Shown here piece by piece: positions 50,817-64,000 of a stretch of 64,000 nt of DNA. The first letter of the stretch is position 1. Each line of letters begins with the position of its first letter. The notes under the pieces were generated by a model, which saw only the letters and a list, made by a program, of their open reading frames with translations, made no database searches and was not told where the DNA came from. The position numbers were made by a program, and so were the translations under genes. The stretch spans positions 10,974,001 to 11,038,000 of the forward strand of contig OU015568.1 of assembly GCA_907165135.1 (NCBI GenBank), given 5' to 3'. The DNA is from Oikopleura dioica. Lineage: Eukaryota; Animalia; Chordata.

Positions 50817-52707
50817 AAAGTGACGCTTTACATCTGTTAACCTTTCGTAATTGGAACACAGGGAGGATCTTGCGTGGCTGTCGAAGGGGCACAATCGATC
50901 TTCTGATCATTTTTGATTGTCCTTGTTTCAATGAATGTTGCTTTTTCGGTCTGATGAGGATTTTCATAGAGACAAGTACACACTTTCTTCGCAAACAAGC
51001 AGGAAATTGAACCCCATTCTCAATTCAAATCATATCTGTTACTAGTAATAGTTCAGTAATTTTTGTTTGCGACAGTGCAGTAAAAACTTTTTGGTAGACA
51101 TCTGTGCCATTGTCAATTGGCCATTGATACAGTAGAAGACATGATAATTAGGAGTCTTCCCAAGGGTCGAAAAATCCTAATGATGAAAAAGTGCGTCGTC
51201 GAAATAGAATAGAGACAAAAAATAAAGAAAGAGTTCAATGGTGAGATCTGTATATTGCTTCAGACTTTTGGTCCTTCCATTGGTGCTCTATTTATGCTAC
51301 TTGATCAAACTGTGGATGGTAAGTTAAAAACATAATGTTTTTATAATTTATAAAAATAGACTAATTTCCTCCACGAATTATATAATTTCAGAATTTTCAT
51401 TACCGAATTGTTGATTTACTCTATCTTCCTATACGAACTTTCAAGTCGGAAGCGATTTTATTCTCGCACATAAAATCTATTTCTCCCCATAAAGATTCCT
51501 TCTCTCTTTTTAGGACAGTTCAAACAAGTCAAAGCGCAATAACCGACTAAAGGCAGAGGCATCAATGAGACGTGCTGCACTCACGAAATTAGGGATCCGG
51601 TCGAATTACGTAATTTCTACTTGCTTTACATAATTACTGGCCCAGTAAATTACGAAAAGGCGTATTGACCTTGGAAGGTATTAACGTAATACACGCTTCG
51701 TACCCGACACGGAATGTTTCCAGGGCTGTGGTCGCCTTTAAAAGTTCTTTTAGTAACTATGTTAGCAGTTACGTTTACCACAAAATCAGAGTAGCTTCTA
51801 CCAAGTCGATGCTTCCCGGAACTGTTGATACGACCATTGAAAATTTTTACGCTAATGGAAGCGCACAAACACCCTGTAAATAAAGCATCATTTTTTCGCA
51901 CTTGGCTGTCAGAGAAATAGTTAAAAATAAAATAATAGCGTAGTTTTCTGCAAGGCAAGCGTTGTATTCTGCTCCCTATCCAACGTGATCCCTCCGTGCC
52001 CTGCTCGTGTTGTTTTCAACCCTCCGACCGGCCCGGGTCATGAATATATTCGGACAAGCGCGTGCGCCAATGACGCGTGTATCGGAAAAATTTGGCGAGT
52101 CTCGGCGACGATGGTTGTAAATCGATTTATGTGAAAAAGATACTCCCTCGCGAAAATTTCGGATAAGTTGGAGGGGGAGTTTGAACTTTTTTTGAACTGT
52201 GTCAAAGAATTTTTAATTGGAAAGAGAAAATCACAAAGATCGGTTGGAAATTGAACAAAAGCAGTCTTTCGTTGATAAAAAATCTTCAAAGAAAAAAGCC
52301 TGTAAGAAGCCTGTCTGTCCATGGGAACCTTGTCTGGCTGATAATTATGAAACGCAGCGTTTGTATTTTCCCACTGCCTGCCTACTCAACAGCGATCATG
52401 CTCTCGGCTCATTGAGCCCGACTAGGTGAACTCTCCAGAAATATATAAGATTATATTTAATTGCTACATATAGACAGATACAGGGAAAGCACGAGTTGAG
52501 CGAGTTTTCTTGGCTTGGGGCGCAGAGAGAATGAAGTAACGTAAGAGAGACAAAGAGCGGAAGACGGCGACATTGAGGCGAACACCCATTTTAGACCAAA
52601 ACCAACTTGAGAGAAAAAGTCTTTTGAAAAAGCAGAGACCCCAACACAAAACCCCAAATTTTAAATAAGAGCGAGAGCCTGACAAAGCTAAAAAAGAGTC
52701 AAACACA

Positions 52708-55416
52708 ATGGACGAGAAAAAAGACAATAAAGGTAAACGATCAAGGTCAACGGAGTTTACAACTCTTCGATACTTTGATTTTTTATTATTTCTTCTTATA
52801 AAAGTAGTCAGATTAAATTTCCCTTTTTTATACTTTGCTAGCATAATTTTCAGGATTCGATGAAATATGGGATTACGTCCCTGGGTTCAGCGCGAGACAA
52901 CTCTTTCTCACTGTCATTACTGGCCTGATTTCCTTTCAAGACGGCTACATAACCATGTGGCCGATTTTTGCCGTTTACACGCCGAAGACATACTACTGTA
53001 ACTCAGACGCCCGTCTCACTGCCAATTATCAAGCCAATCAAACCCTTTACAACGGAGTTCCAGATTTATGTGCAACTACAGATTATTGCCTCGTTGATGG
53101 ATTCGACAATTTGACCGATCACTCCAGAAAAAGGTTAGAGAAGAATGGTTTTTCATTATTCATTATTTAAGGTAGCGCTTAATTTATGATTGAAAAACTA
53201 ATGTTAAATTAGCTTTCTTAACTTTTATTATATTTAGACGCTCTGGCGGCGGCGGTGGTGGCTCAGGAAAAAGCGAAGGTGTATGTGGAATAGTCAAGAT
53301 CGACAATTTTTTACCCGGCATTGCGTCAAACGACAGCTGTAAAAGATGCCATCAATTCGAAGAATTTGCAAATTCAAATGTTCAACTCGATGATGAACGA
53401 GATTTATGCCCGGATGAATATTATTACAGCGATGAATTTATAAACGAAACCCTGGTAACTGACTTTCATCTGGTGTGCGACAAGCAAGTTGTTAGGCAAA
53501 GTTCACACTAATTTCGAATTCCTTCCGGGTCGTTAAAAAATGGGTGTGTCAACGTAACTATGGCTCGACTTCGGGCGAGTGCGTTCAGCGCATATCCATT
53601 CTCACGAGATGGGGATTAAGTTCTGTTGGTATTTCCGAGCTCTTTTGGTTCTGAGGGGATCTTCTATCTAAATAGCCTTGAAGTTGCATAATAGAATTTC
53701 TCCTTGGGAGTCTAACAGTTTCGAACTTGCAAAAGGGAGACAGTTTTTTCACTTGGTGGAGTAGGCCTTGCGATTGGAAGCTTCGTCGGAGGAGGACTTA
53801 CTGATACGCTTGGTCGAAAGAAAGTCATGCTGTATGCCACTCTTTTGATGGTTATCACTATTGGAATCGCTGGATGGGCAAACAACCTACTCGTTATTAT
53901 GATTTTCTGGACTCTGACCAAGGTAAATGATCGTTTTTAAAATATTTTATAGTGAAAAACCTTCAGATTCTTTCGCAAGTCAAATATTTGGCCTACTCCT
54001 CATTTACATTGGAAATTGTTTCGCCATCCTGGAGGGCATTTGCTGGCCAAATGAACCACATTTACTATGCGCTCGGGTGCATAACTGCTTCTGTATTTTC
54101 TTACTACTTTCGCGACTGGCGAAGCTTCACCTTTGCGACAACTGCCGTTTGTGCGCCGCTTTTGCTTTTTTGGATTTGTGTTCCAGGAAAGCTTTTCAAG
54201 GAAATTTAAACAGAATAGAAGTCTTTTAAGAAAAGAAGTATTAGGAATAAAATAAGGTGCATTTATAAAGCTTTCACAGAATCTCCAAGGTGGCTCATTC
54301 TGAAAAGGCGCAGCTCTGAAGCGAAAGACGCTATCCGAAAACTTATTGGAGCTAATGCCGAAAAGATTGATTCAAGCTTCTACAAGAACATTGAAAACGC
54401 AGAACTTGAGGAGTTAGAAGAAGAAGTAGAAGAATTTGCTGGCTCAACCCATATCGGATCAATGGGCTCACTGGTGAAGTCGTCTTTGTCCTTGAACAAA
54501 CGACCATCTGTGGCGTATACTGGAACACTAGGACTAATCAAGGAGGAGGACTCGTTCAATGAGTTAGAAGAGAAGACCTTCAAAGATATTTTCCGCTTTC
54601 CCGTCTTTCGAAACGCACTCTTCATCATTTTCTTCGCCTTCTTCGTCATCGCAATGGTTTTCATGGGAATTTCCTATAACGCTGCAGAACTTCCAGGAAC
54701 AATTTGGGCCAATAACGCAATTAATGGTCTCCTTGATTGCGTAGCGCAATTTATAAGTAAGTCAGCATGGAGTTTATCACGTTCAAGCAACTTTTAGTTA
54801 TCGTTGTTATGCAGAAAATCGGTCGAAGACATCTTCTTTTTGGAGTTCTTTGGGGCACTGGAATCACTTACATGGCTTCTGAAATTGTGCTTCAGCAGTT
54901 AGACCTTGAAAACATGGATGAAAGCGAAATCTCTTTGATTAAAAATTCGAGTAGATGGCTTGCTTTCACTGGCAAATTCTTTATCTCCGCTGCTTTTTCG
55001 GTAAAGCAAAAGTATTTTTTTCGATTCTAATGTTTTCTTAGGTAATCTACACGTACTCAGCAGAAGTATTCCCAACTACTGTCCGAACAATTGCCCTAGG
55101 ATTCGGCTCGCTTGGTGGCGGACTAGGAAATGTCATTGCTCCTTACATTCTTCAACTTCAAGTAGGGACAAGACTTTATTTTAGGTCTCTCATTAATTGG
55201 TTTTAGAAGCCTCCGATCTCAATCAGATGGCTACCAGCAGCAATCTTCTCAGCCAGCTGTGTCCTTGTTGCATTTTTCCTCCTTCTTTTGCCAGAAACTA
55301 AAGGAAAAGCTCTCTACGAAACAATGGCGGAAGCAGAAAAAGTCTACAAAAATAAGTCCCAGAAAATGCCCGACAACGAAGATAGAAGCCTTTACGAGCC
55401 TGTTGACACTGCGTAA
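52708..55416 (+). CDS. SLC22 organic cation/carnitine transporter-like (MFS)
   Basis: MDEKKDNK|GFDEIWDY; TDFHLVCD; TDTLGRKK; ESPRWL; KIGRR; YSAEVFPTTVRT; LLPETKG. Confidence 0.9.
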
Positions 55417-55780
55417 TCGAAGCGTCAACACTTTTAAATTTAGCTTTTTGAAAACTGTAAAAATACTTATTGCCATCGTTTGAATCAAATAAACTCAATT
55501 CAGCACAAAATTCTCCCTGAGTTTACTTCTATTGACGTTTTGTTGACAGGAGGTTGATTTGATTTTATGATGCCTGTTAGTAATACCACCTTAGTACTAT
55601 CTTACTTAGTGGGTGCTCGACAGGTAGCGAAAGTGCGATTTTGCGCTATAAATCCAATCCAGCGACTGCTTCTTCCATCAGCTGGGATTAACTCGTCTTC
55701 CTCCTTTTAGCCTTCCTTCCTCTCATTTCAGTTCTTGATTTTCAAATCAAAAACAAGAGACTTATTTAAATTTTCGAGCG

Positions 55781-57015
55781 ATGTCTGAGGAAGCCGCCGT
55801 CGAAGCGCCACCAGCTGAAGCTCCACCAGCAGAAGCCCCTGCCGCCGATGAAGTCAAGATTCCTAAGATCAAGGTTAATTCTTTTTCCTGAAAACTTATA
55901 GTTAAAAAAATCAACAAATTCATTTTCTTATATTCATAGGATGGAGAAAAAGTAAGCGAACGATCCCTACACCCCATAAAAAGTCCTTAGTATCATTTTA
56001 ACTGCTACACAGACATATACCCATTTAAAGATATCAAATAGGCTATCATAATATTGCATTCATAGAATCTATAAATGCATCATAAAGTTTATGAATCATA
56101 AATCATAATTCATAAAAAGAAAACATATTCTTTGAGAATATGTAGCAATAAAATTTGCAATAAGAAAATCTAAACGATTCTTAGGGTCATTCAATGGAAG
56201 GCTTGAGCGAATTCGCGCGACAGCGATTGGAGAAGGATCTTAAAGAGTTGGAACGAATGATCAAAGATCATTTTGAGGCTCGAAAGAAGGATGAAGCTGA
56301 TCTTGCTGGACTCCAGGTTTATTAAATTCATCCAGCTTGACAATGAATTCTTACTAGGAGCGAATCGAAAAACGAAAAGTCTACCGTGAAGAGCAGAACA
56401 AGATCCGAGCTGAGCGCGAAAAGGCTCGCCAAGAAGCTGCTATCGTAAGTTTTTCTGTGTTTCACACATTTTATGAGCTGCAAGAGATATCTGAGGCGTT
56501 TCCTCCGGGTCAAGTTTTTTTATTGGATTGTTAAAACTTCAACTGCTTCAATGTCGCATGGCAAAATTAATGGGGATTTAAGGAAGCCAAGAAAAAGCAG
56601 GAAGAACTCGAAGAGCGACGAAAGAAAGAGGAAGAAGAGGCCAAGAAGAATGCTCTTGCAGCCATGTCTATGAACTTCTCTGGCGGTGCTGCCAAGCGAG
56701 AGCGAAAGGCTGGTGGCGGTAACAAGGCCAAGGAGCTCAAGAAGAAGGTCCTCGCCGAGCGAAGAAAGAATCTTAACGTCGATCACTTGACTGGCGAAAA
56801 GCTCCAAGAAAAAGCCGTCGAACTTCAAAAATGGTTCGCCGCCGAGAAGTTACTATCAGAACTTTAACATATTTAGGCTCGTTTCCCTCGAAGAAAGCCG
56901 CTACGACCTCAACGTCCAGTTCAGCCACCTCAAAGACGACCTCAAACAAATGCGAACCCGAGTCAACGATCTCATGGGCAAGAAGAAATCGACCAAGGTC
57001 AACGTGCGAAAGTAA
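55781..57015 (+). CDS. TNNT: Troponin T
   Basis: KIPKIK|DGEK; RQRLEKDLKELERMIKDHFEARKKDE; KKKVLAERRKNLNVDHL; MRTRVND. Confidence 0.92.
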
Positions 57016-57298
57016 AACTTTATCCATATTTGCCTTTATATATTTTACAATAAATGTTTGAACAAGAAATGAATGTTCATTGAACTTGGATTTTCGAAAG
57101 CCAGTGGAAGTGTAATCGCTCCAGAACGAAGTGGACCCTTCTTTGTATTTTCAAATCAAAGGCTAAACCTAGAAAATTGATGAAATTGCTTACTCTTGCA
57201 AAAACTCGTACCTCTTCAATCAAAGCGAGTCTCTACTTCTTGGAATCGAATTTATGTTCTTCTTGGTCGTTTTCTAATGTTGTGTCAGTGGCGGAATC

Positions 57299-59880
57299 TC
57301 AGACATCAGGGTTTTCGTCATTGTCATCCGATGTCTTTTCGGGAAATGTTACCGTGGGTAGGTCGTGATTGTTTTTTCTGTTTTCTGTTGAACTTTCAAG
57401 GACATCGGTCATTTCTGTTGGTGGGCTTGATGGAGACTCGTCAAAGCTTGTCTCATTTATTTCTAGTAGCGGGGCCCTAGATAGTAACTTGGTATCAGTA
57501 ATTGTGTTCACAGCGGACTCAGAGTTATCAGATAACCTACAAAGATGGAGTAGATGGGTACTTATGTATAGAAAGCCTAAATTATTACCCTGAATAGTAG
57601 CCATTCGAGAAATCCGAGTGTTTCGAACAAGTCGAGGGTCTTTTGTAACACGGGTCGAAGAGTGGAATGACTGGATCGCCTTCAGACGCGTCTTCTTCTA
57701 CTCGATGAACGTTCGGTTCAGAACTCGGTTGGCGAAGAATAGAGAATGTGGACGCTTCCGAGCGCCTTCGAAATCGGGAGAAGAGCTGTGAGATCTTCGA
57801 TGACTCAGAGGAAGAGTCTCTTGACTGCCGACGAGTAGATATCTCATTGTAGATGTCCCGGAGCTCCTGATGTTGTTTCCAGCGACGTTCGATCGCTTCT
57901 CGAATTTCTGCTGAGAGAAAACAGTACAAAATTGAAACTAAAATCGAGTCAATTTCGGTCTATAACTTTCGACGCTACCGATGATCCCAGAGCATTGCGA
58001 CAAAACGAGAAAGACGGGATACATCTTCCTGATCACTTCATCATCTAATGCAGTTGCAAAAGGCAGAGCGACATGTTGCATGCCGAGAAGTGGGATCAAA
58101 GAGACTGCAGCTTTCAAAACACTAGAAACAACGGTCTGAATTAATGATTCAACATATGAAATCAATACCCAAAGACGCGGCTACGTCCACTTCCGTGATG
58201 TGGCGCGTTAAGTTTTTGAAAAATGCCGTAGATGATCACCACGAAGACGACAGCACAGATGATGATGTAGATGTAGATTGGAATTTCAATGATGCGCTAG
58301 AAACATTTTAGTCCAAGGATATCGTTCTAGGTAATTTATGAAAGAAGGTTAACTTAACCCCCCGTTAAGTAGAATAGACACGTTTATGAATAACACAGCT
58401 CGTGTTGAGAGGAACAACTATTCCCCGTTGTTTTATTTTGGGCCACTTGGACTCGTTCTAAGTAATTGGTATTTTCGGAGAAACCATTTTGTGACATTGC
58501 AAAAATGGCTGCTTGGATTAGTTCTTACCTCGTAATTATCCTCTTGATCAGTAGCATAGCCGTCTACACAGTTATGATATGCCAGTGCAGCCCACAATCC
58601 GACAGGAATGAGAGGTAACCCCCAGCTTAGTCCGAGAAACCAGCGCATTGGGTTGAATCGTTGAATCAGCAAGAGCGGTTTCAGATGTAACATCACAAGA
58701 TAAATGCCTGAAATAAGGTTAGCTATCCAGAAAAAGGTCAATTTTCGCAGCGGACCTTCGCATGCAAGCCATGAAAAGCATACCAGAACCGAGTACTTTT
58801 GAAAAACCGGATACAACAGACACTGAAGTTGGCATCTGCAGACTTCGAATTCCGATAGAGCCGCGCAAGTACTAAGTTTTTTTTAACCAGTTGATAATTC
58901 AGCGAATTCTCTTACCCATCTGAAACGCCCTTTAATTCAGGAAGATCGGAATCTCCAAGAGCAAGGACATATCTATTCCATCCGCCATACGTATTGTTAT
59001 TTAGATCAATGAGATTCTTCTCGACTTCCCCTAGCCTGGGCTCGACTTTGACTTTCCATTGAATACTTTTAAATAGATAGAAGGCGATGAAGGTGGTATG
59101 CCTGAAAATCATACTATGGATTTGACATTGTTAAGGCAAGTACCTAAGCATAAAGGCAGCGAGCAAATTCATGTGAATGTATATCCTCGTGCATTTTCTT
59201 AGCAAAATTGACATGAGAATGAAGCTGATGAGGCAAAAGATCAAGCTTATGGTCGCAAGCGTCATTGTGTAACCCATGTATTTTATGCTCGTACTCATTT
59301 CTGGACTCATTGGATAAATCGCACTGTCGTTCGTGTCGGTATAATTGGTGAAAGAGCTGCTCGAGTAATCTTGGTAACTTATATCGTAAGACATGTTGGA
59401 ATCGTAATCTACTGATTCGTCTCCATAGTTGCAGTCCTTTAGTGCATCTTCCACGGAAGACCAGCCTTTGGCATCGCAGTTTATTTTTGTATAACTTATG
59501 TCCGCGCCGTAGTCATCATCAAAAGAGCAGGAAAATTCGTTCTGGGTGTTCAATGCAGCTTCGGGAAAACATGCACCCATTTGATACAACGGCCCGCAAG
59601 ACTCTTAAAGATTTCTCATTAACTGTTAAGATGCAATCAAGGGAGTGACGCAATTTTTACGCTTGACTCGCGGACATCAAATTAAATTTGAAAAAATCGA
59701 CGCCAAGGCCAACATATTTAATTCGCAGTCATAAGAGAGCTTACCATTTGGATCGAGCTGCCGTGGTGCAGATAAACACTGGATCGCTTCTGAGATGTCA
59801 TGGCAATGAAACAGATCTCTGCTCAACCCATTTTGGAACTTAACAATGAAGATAGGATTATTGCACTGTCTGAATGACAT
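57299..59880 (-). CDS. Class B1 (secretin family) GPCR, calcitonin/PTH-receptor-like; 5' end unresolved
   Basis: Six-Cys hormone-receptor domain; CTRIYIHMNLLAAFMLR; WLACEG; SWGLP; KAAVSLIPLLG; YCFLSAEI. Confidence 0.85.
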
Positions 59881-61981
59881 GATCCGTGGATCGGATGTGT
59901 ACGAAACGCTTTCATCTTAATTTTGAGCTTGATATCGAAAGCTTAGTAACTCTCTTATTTTAACGAAAGGTCTGCTCCTTTTTATAGAGAATCTTTTAAT
60001 TTCGCGGAGAAAATATTGAATGTACCTTTATAAATTCAGTGTAATATTGTCCAAGCATGATCCGTTGTCATTTTACTTCTTGATTGTCCTCTTAGATAAA
60101 CGCTTCTCCCATTTCCTCTCTATCTTTTTCTTCTTTTCCAATCTCTGTATGTTTCGCGCCAGTGGGTTAATTTGAGTTCTTCTTAATTCTAGCGCGTCAC
60201 TTCTTTCCTAAATCGGAGGTTGAACTCGGAGATTAATAATGAAGCGATTTCCAGCCACCTTCTATTCCCTAGTCCCTTTGGGCACGCAGCTCCACCCAAC
60301 ACACATTTTTGAGTGAGAGTTTCCTTTTAGACACCTCTTTCAAAATACCCTTTCATTTCCATAATTTAAAAAGGCTAAATTTGAAGTAACGTTAATTTTG
60401 CTATATAATGTCTAGTTTCCTATTTCAGACGCATTTTGAGAGAAAAAAAATTGATAATAAATCTGTCTCTTTATTACTTATTCAATCATTGAAAAAAAAT
60501 GCTATGAGGCCTAATTTCTACAATCAATTGTCTGAAAATAAGAAGAAGCATCGTTTCATACCATTTTTAATTGAAATTAATCATGGTTGAACTTTCATTT
60601 TTTTTCAGGCTAAATCTTCAGGCAATTGCTCTTTCTAACTGATTAGTTCTCGACAAAAATTGGTTAGTGAAAAATAAATATAAACGAAAAGAGGAAATAA
60701 AGGAGACAAACACTGGAGCATGAAAGTTCGCGTGCGCAGGAGCTCACCTTGATCTTCAAAATTACTGGTTCAAGAAGTCTCTTTTCTCAACTCTCTCTCT
60801 TTTTTTTAAGTTCTGGTGTAGCAGACTCTTCGATAGTTGATCGGGGATGACGTGAGATCCAAGAAGCAAATTCGTGCAACTGCCCCGCAGCGGCGCCTCC
60901 ACCAAAAGAGAGCTCCACCTCGAATCAGGACATCTCATGATGCGCCAGTAGCGCGAAATGCGCAACAGATGACTTTCCGCCGCAGCCACGTCCAACCATA
61001 ACAAACGTCTAATACCAATGAACACGTACACCCCACGAAGTTATTTCCACGAATTCACACTTTCCAACTCAATATCTTCAAAATAGATACTTCTGGAGAA
61101 CAAATGCCACAAGCACCAGATTCTTCAACATATTTTTAACTGAGCATAAGATTTTTAAAGTTTAAAAATTTTCATTGAAAGTTGAAAAAGAAGACAAAGA
61201 AAAATCTAATAAAAATATTTCAAATCTTATTCAATAAAATATGCCTTATATTTTCGATAAAAATTTCTTACTAGAGATAAACTTGGGTTTTTTATAAAAT
61301 GACATTTGATCCGGGCTGTCAAAATTAAAGTCAAAACGCAAACTGCTAAAACAAGTACCGTCTAATACGATATTACCGTTGAACACGTCGACAGGCACGT
61401 AATTTCGAGGAACCACTGATTGCCGGAATTCGGCGAGGCATTTTTAGAGCACACTCACTTTTGCAGCGCTGTGCGCATTATTGCGGATTGAGCAAGTTGT
61501 AACATCGCCGCTGCAAAATACTTTTACGGTACTTTTAGTAAGTGATTTTATTTGATTAGGAAATTTAAGAAAAACAGATGATCAGAAGAATTTGGAATGC
61601 AGAAGTTCCGTCGAATTCTTCGCATTTTTTCTTCGATTATTTTGTCGAAACAAATTAATGCTAAAAATATTGTTAACACAAAATTGGGAGGAGTTTCTAC
61701 CTGATTTTCCACTTTTAAAAACCAAGAATCGTTTCTCCATTGAAGCTTTCGCATTTTTTGAATTACTAGTCAAAACAAATCAGAGCACCAGTTCGTTTCT
61801 CGGCGGTACTAACTGCAACAGACTTTTTCTAAGACTCTCGGAGGGCCCCTGGAGGGACCGCAAAAGTATTTTAAACTTCTCTTCCTGATTTTAGACCTGC
61901 CTTTTTTGCTACGTGGCGCGCAGCAATAAAAACGTCAATTGTATCACGTGACTCACTCCTTTGTTTGCCCCATATGTGCGA

Positions 61982-62034
61982 TTTAAAGCGCGCCCAGAGG
62001 AGGACGTTGGCGACCTTGAGAACTTTGAATCTGA
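61982..62034 (-). pseudogene. Degenerate fragment of the RPS23 last exon
   Basis: Encodes VRFKVLKVANVLLWARFK versus RPS23 [18 protein letters not shown]; shares gacgttggcgaccttga with ~63508-63524. Confidence 0.7.
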
Positions 62035-62121
62035 CTCGTTTATTCGGATTTTTCGCATAAATTCATGGTGTTTTGTATTTTATTGAGTAAAGATTTCGGT
62101 TCGACACCAAACAACAAGAAA

Positions 62122-63080
62122 TCAATTCATAGTGATGTTGACGAGAGTCCGGTGGTCGTGATCCGGTGCTCCAACTTTATGTCCTCTGACATAAAATGTG
62201 ACGCGTTCTTTTCCCTCGCCGACTGTTTCGCTGCATTTGTTGTCCAAAAAGACCTCAGCTCCTCTCTTCGGACAATCGTCGTACTCATCAAATATTTTTA
62301 CATCCACAGAGAAGCCACCATTCCCTTAGCGAAACATTGGTAGGATAGGACATGTTATATAATTTATACCGTGAATAAGTTTTCCATTGTTTTCCAGCTG
62401 AATTTCATAGTTGTGCCTTCCTTTGTAGTACCTGTTCCCCTTTTCGTATTCTTCTCCGTGCACAAAAAGTCTCCAGCCGTCCTTCTTGACATCAACATTC
62501 ACCCATGAGTCTAGCTTATTTGAGATTTCGTGACGGAAAGTTTTTATTCAAAGAATCAAAAATTAAAATCTCCTTCCTTTAGATGCACACTAGTTGCTCC
62601 TTTAATCAAAAAATCCAAAACATTTCCAATAGTTTCTTCATTCATTAATTGATCATATCCATATCCGATGCTGTCTCTATGCCCGTAGCCATTCATGCCC
62701 ACGTTTTTCGTAAGTTCCTTCAGTTTTTTGACACTTTCTTAAGAAAGAATAATGATCAAGGAAGATGAACTGTTAATACCTGAATAATTCTTTCCCAATT
62801 CCATTTCTCTGATGAAAGCGTTAAGCTCCCCCTCCGCCCTGGCATTCTCTTGTTGCTTGAGTTTGAGATCATCTTTTGCTTCCTCGACCTTCTTCTTCGC
62901 TGCTTTTTCTGCTTCGACGGCCTTTTGATGCGATTCTAAAGCTCCTGCTTCGGCTACTTTTGCACAGTCGGCAGCATACTTGAGTCGAAAAAACTCTTCG
63001 TTGATTTCAATTTTCATTTTCTTCTCAGCTCTTTCATCCCCTCGATCCATTCCTTTTCGTTTTCCTTTGTTCGTGTCCAT
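62122..63080 (-). CDS. Uncharacterised gene with N-terminal coiled coil
   Basis: Exons at 62780-63080, ~62370-62700 and 62122-62330; no family recognised. Confidence 0.45.
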
Positions 63081-63459
63081 ACCTCGTTCTTTTTTTATAA
63101 AAAAGCTCCTGTCTGTGTAAATTTTTGATGAAGAGTAAATTAAAACTCTGGCACTTGGAAAACTCAGTTTACTTTTCAATTAGTCTAGAAAAATGCGGTA
63201 AATGTGGATTTTAACTTGCCTTCAACAAAATAAAACTGGCTATTCTCAACAAGGTCTTAAAATCTGACTCACAGTCCATTCATACCGAAAACGCATTAAG
63301 TTCCTCTGCCCACGTGAGGATCAAAAATTGATACAGTAGCTCTACGTAGATTTTTTACTTCAATAGAAAATATTAGCAACGGAAACAGTTTTTTTCGTTC
63401 TCCTTGGGCTTTATTTTGAAATTCAGTCATAAGCTTTGATTGAACAGAGAAGGAATCAT

Positions 63460-63983
63460 TTATGATCTTGGTCTTTCCTTCTTGCCCTTGAAGAGTGCCA
63501 GGAGAGAGACGTTGGCGACCTTGACAACCTTGAATCGGACACCGGGAATATCACCGACGGCGTGACCGGATCGACCGAAACCAGCGACCAGAACCTGAAA
63601 CGGAAATGATAACAAAAGAGAGAGAGTACGAATCAATACCTCGTCGTTCTCTTCGATGTAGTTGAGGCAACCATCATTGGGAACGAAGGCAGTGATCTTC
63701 TTTCCGTTCTTGATGAGCTGAACTCGGACGCACTTGCGAATGGCGGAGTTCGGCTGCTTGGCCTCGACACCGATCTTGTCAAGGACGATTCCTTTCGCGT
63801 GGGATGAACCTCCGAAAGGATTGGCTTTCAGGGCGGTTCCAAGGTTCGCCTGGAGATCGAAGTTACTGTCAAACTATTGAAAAGACGGGAAGTTACCTTT
63901 TTGTATCCAAGATCGGCCCAACGCTGCTCACGTCGTCGATTTCGCATCTTTCGAGCGGTTCGGATTCCACGTGGCTTTCCCAT
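63460..63983 (-). CDS. RPS23: 40S ribosomal protein S23 (uS12)
   Basis: [12 protein letters not shown]...[36 protein letters not shown]...[21 protein letters not shown]...ERPRS*. Confidence 0.98.
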
Positions 63984-64000
63984 TCCTGGGAGATTTTTGA

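Noticed and set aside
51200-51900. Possible small plus-strand gene
   Set aside because: Some splice-like signals, but no coherent reading frame could be assembled

Overview
Gene-dense eukaryotic (animal) genomic DNA with very short introns (about 40-50 nt), tightly packed same-strand genes with AG acceptors just before the ATG, and at least one GA-AG intron. These traits suggest the larvacean tunicate Oikopleura (inference). Gene content in order: BRF1 (running off the left edge), a stand-alone SKI7/HBS1L-V3-like gene, a KIAA1328-like gene, an Ig/FN3 DCC-neogenin-type receptor, then a ~16 kb minus-strand, operon-like run (KICS2, unknown, COA4, SERAC1, TRMT2A, CRIPT, unknown, CHCHD4/MIA40-like, mtTFB-like, C1orf50-like). 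After that come a SAFB/SLTM-like gene, a UST/HS2ST-like sulfotransferase, cathepsin H, ENTPD5/6, cathepsin L, SLC22, troponin T, a class-B GPCR and RPS23. Most notable: (1) a 5.06 kb long-TIR DNA element (43553-48616, 8-bp TSD GTAAACAG) with no recognisable transposase that carries a decayed, intron-retaining TOP3B copy and other gene fragments (Pack-type capture); (2) a free-standing Ski7-like exosome adaptor gene; (3) a nest of foldback/MITE elements that expanded a 42-nt CRIPT intron to ~2.5 kb; (4) a MIA40 homolog missing two of its four CX9C cysteines, lying in the same gene run as its substrate COA4. All homology calls come from remembered motifs, not database searches, and exon boundaries were read by eye.
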